A DNA stretch of 46,302 bases from a virus (lineage: Duplodnaviria; Caudoviricetes). The notes beneath the pieces were generated by a model that saw only the letters and a program-made list of their open reading frames with translations, was not told where the DNA came from and searched no databases. Positions 45,334-46,302 of this stretch are shown piece by piece. Numbering within the stretch: position 1 is the first letter of the stretch; every line of letters begins with the position of its first letter. The position numbers and the translations under genes were made by a program. Location of the stretch: IMG/VR virus record IMGVR_UViG_3300031473_000131, positions 1 to 46,302 of that record; one strand, 5' to 3'.

Positions 45334-46302
45334 CTATGCGATCGATTTTCCGGAATACCGCTGACGGCGTTTATGAAGTGGTGGTGGAGTCTCGGACTTT
45401 CGTATCAGGGTATCGAAGGGACTGCCTGCTTCGTGGGCTTCCTGCAAGTCCTCATCGGCCATGGAGAGATACCGCTTGGTCGTGTTGTAATCCTCGTGTC
45501 CCAAGAGCAACCGGACGTATTCCATGTTCTTTGTCTCGCGGAGCATCATGGTGGCGAACTGATGACGAAGCAAATGAGGATGAAAATTCTCCAAGCCCGC
45601 GTCTTCCTTGATCCGTCTGAAGGCCGAACGGATACCCCCAGGATCCAGATGGAAGAGTGGTTCGGCGTCAATGCCCCGAATCGCCATGAACTCTCGCAGA
45701 TATTCCCTCACCTGGGGGGAGAAGAATACCCGCCGCTCCTTGTTGCCCTTTCCAATAACCGTTACCACCCGCTTCTCCATCGACACATTATCGAGTCTGA
45801 GAGATGCGACTTCGGCTCGCCGAAGTCCGGTATCGAGCATCAACGCCACCATCGCACGATTGCGAATGGCAAGGCCACTGGTTCCCGACAGAAACTTGCT
45901 TCGCCACATGCGCTGCATTTCTTCATCGTTGAGAATCTTGAACAGCCGCTTGGGGACTTTCGGCATGGGGAAGAACACTTCCTTGGCCAGTAGTTCGCCT
46001 TTATACAGCCAGCGGGTGAAGGCTCGCATGTCACAGAGGTGGGCATGAATCCCTGACTCGTCGCGCTGGGTCGAGCCCTTCTGCTCGTTGACCGGCGTCA
46101 CTCGCAGCCAGGTCGCGAACTGCTCCATCATGGCGGTGGTCAGCACCGACGCAGACGGCGCGATGCCTTCGGCCTGCAAAAACCGATTGAAGATCAGAAA
46201 GGAATATTTGTAGCGATCCTTCGTGCCCTTGGCACGACCGACAGCTATCTGATGGCTCTGAAATCGACCAGTCAAATCCGCTAACGAGTTTGAAGTGTCC
46301 AC
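45334..46302 (-). CDS. Tyrosine recombinase/integrase (XerD-like, no arm-binding domain visible); start at window edge
   Basis: TGLRRAE, GKGNKER, HPHLLRHQFA, LLGHE, KRY. Confidence 0.92.
   Translation of the reverse strand: MDTSNSLADLTGRFQSHQIAVGRAKGTKDRYKYSFLIFNRFLQAEGIAPSASVLTTAMMEQFATWLRVTPVNEQKGSTQRDESGIHAHLCDMRAFTRWLYKGELLAKEVFFPMPKVPKRLFKILNDEEMQRMWRSKFLSGTSGLAIRNRAMVALMLDTGLRRAEVASLRLDNVSMEKRVVTVIGKGNKERRVFFSPQVREYLREFMAIRGIDAEPLFHLDPGGIRSAFRRIKEDAGLENFHPHLLRHQFATMMLRETKNMEYVRLLLGHEDYNTTKRYLSMADEDLQEAHEAGSPFDTLIRKSETPPPLHKRRQRYSGKSIA

Larger units (their letters stand above)
2402..46302. mobile_element. Temperate siphovirus-like prophage with HK97-type head and a mobilization module
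   Basis: Full morphogenesis and lysis gene order, early genes, terminal tyrosine recombinase; att core duplicate not seen inside the window. Confidence 0.9.

Overview
Most of the window (about 2.4-46.3 kb) is an apparently complete temperate siphovirus-like prophage. It has a minus-strand late operon (terminase, portal-gpF fusion, HK97 protease and capsid, head fibre, neck, tail tube, frameshifting chaperone, tape measure, Dit, baseplate, lysis with an M23 endolysin) and two inward-facing early regions driven by near-identical consensus promoters. A tyrosine recombinase lies at the right edge and a tRNA-Arg(UCG) at the left. Left of the tRNA is the end of a second integrative element (XRE regulator, amber-interrupted integrase, arm-type repeats). 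The phage carries unusual cargo: a Pycsar-type cyclase/TM-effector pair, a PD-(D/E)XK nuclease, a methyltransferase-Mrr fusion, ArdC plus SSB, and a coupling-protein ATPase plus a Replic_Relax/MOB_C-type relaxase. I recognise no phage replication genes. Non-coding highlights: four sequence-unrelated promoter-leaders whose terminator loop pairs with their own 5' end, a tRNA-like 110-nt element, a 26-bp perfect inverted repeat next to the relaxase, a 10-bp tandem duplication whose collapse would fuse ATPase and relaxase, and repeated leaderless-type -10 boxes inside the late operon. All protein calls come from motif recognition by eye; no database searches were run and the host cannot be assigned with confidence.
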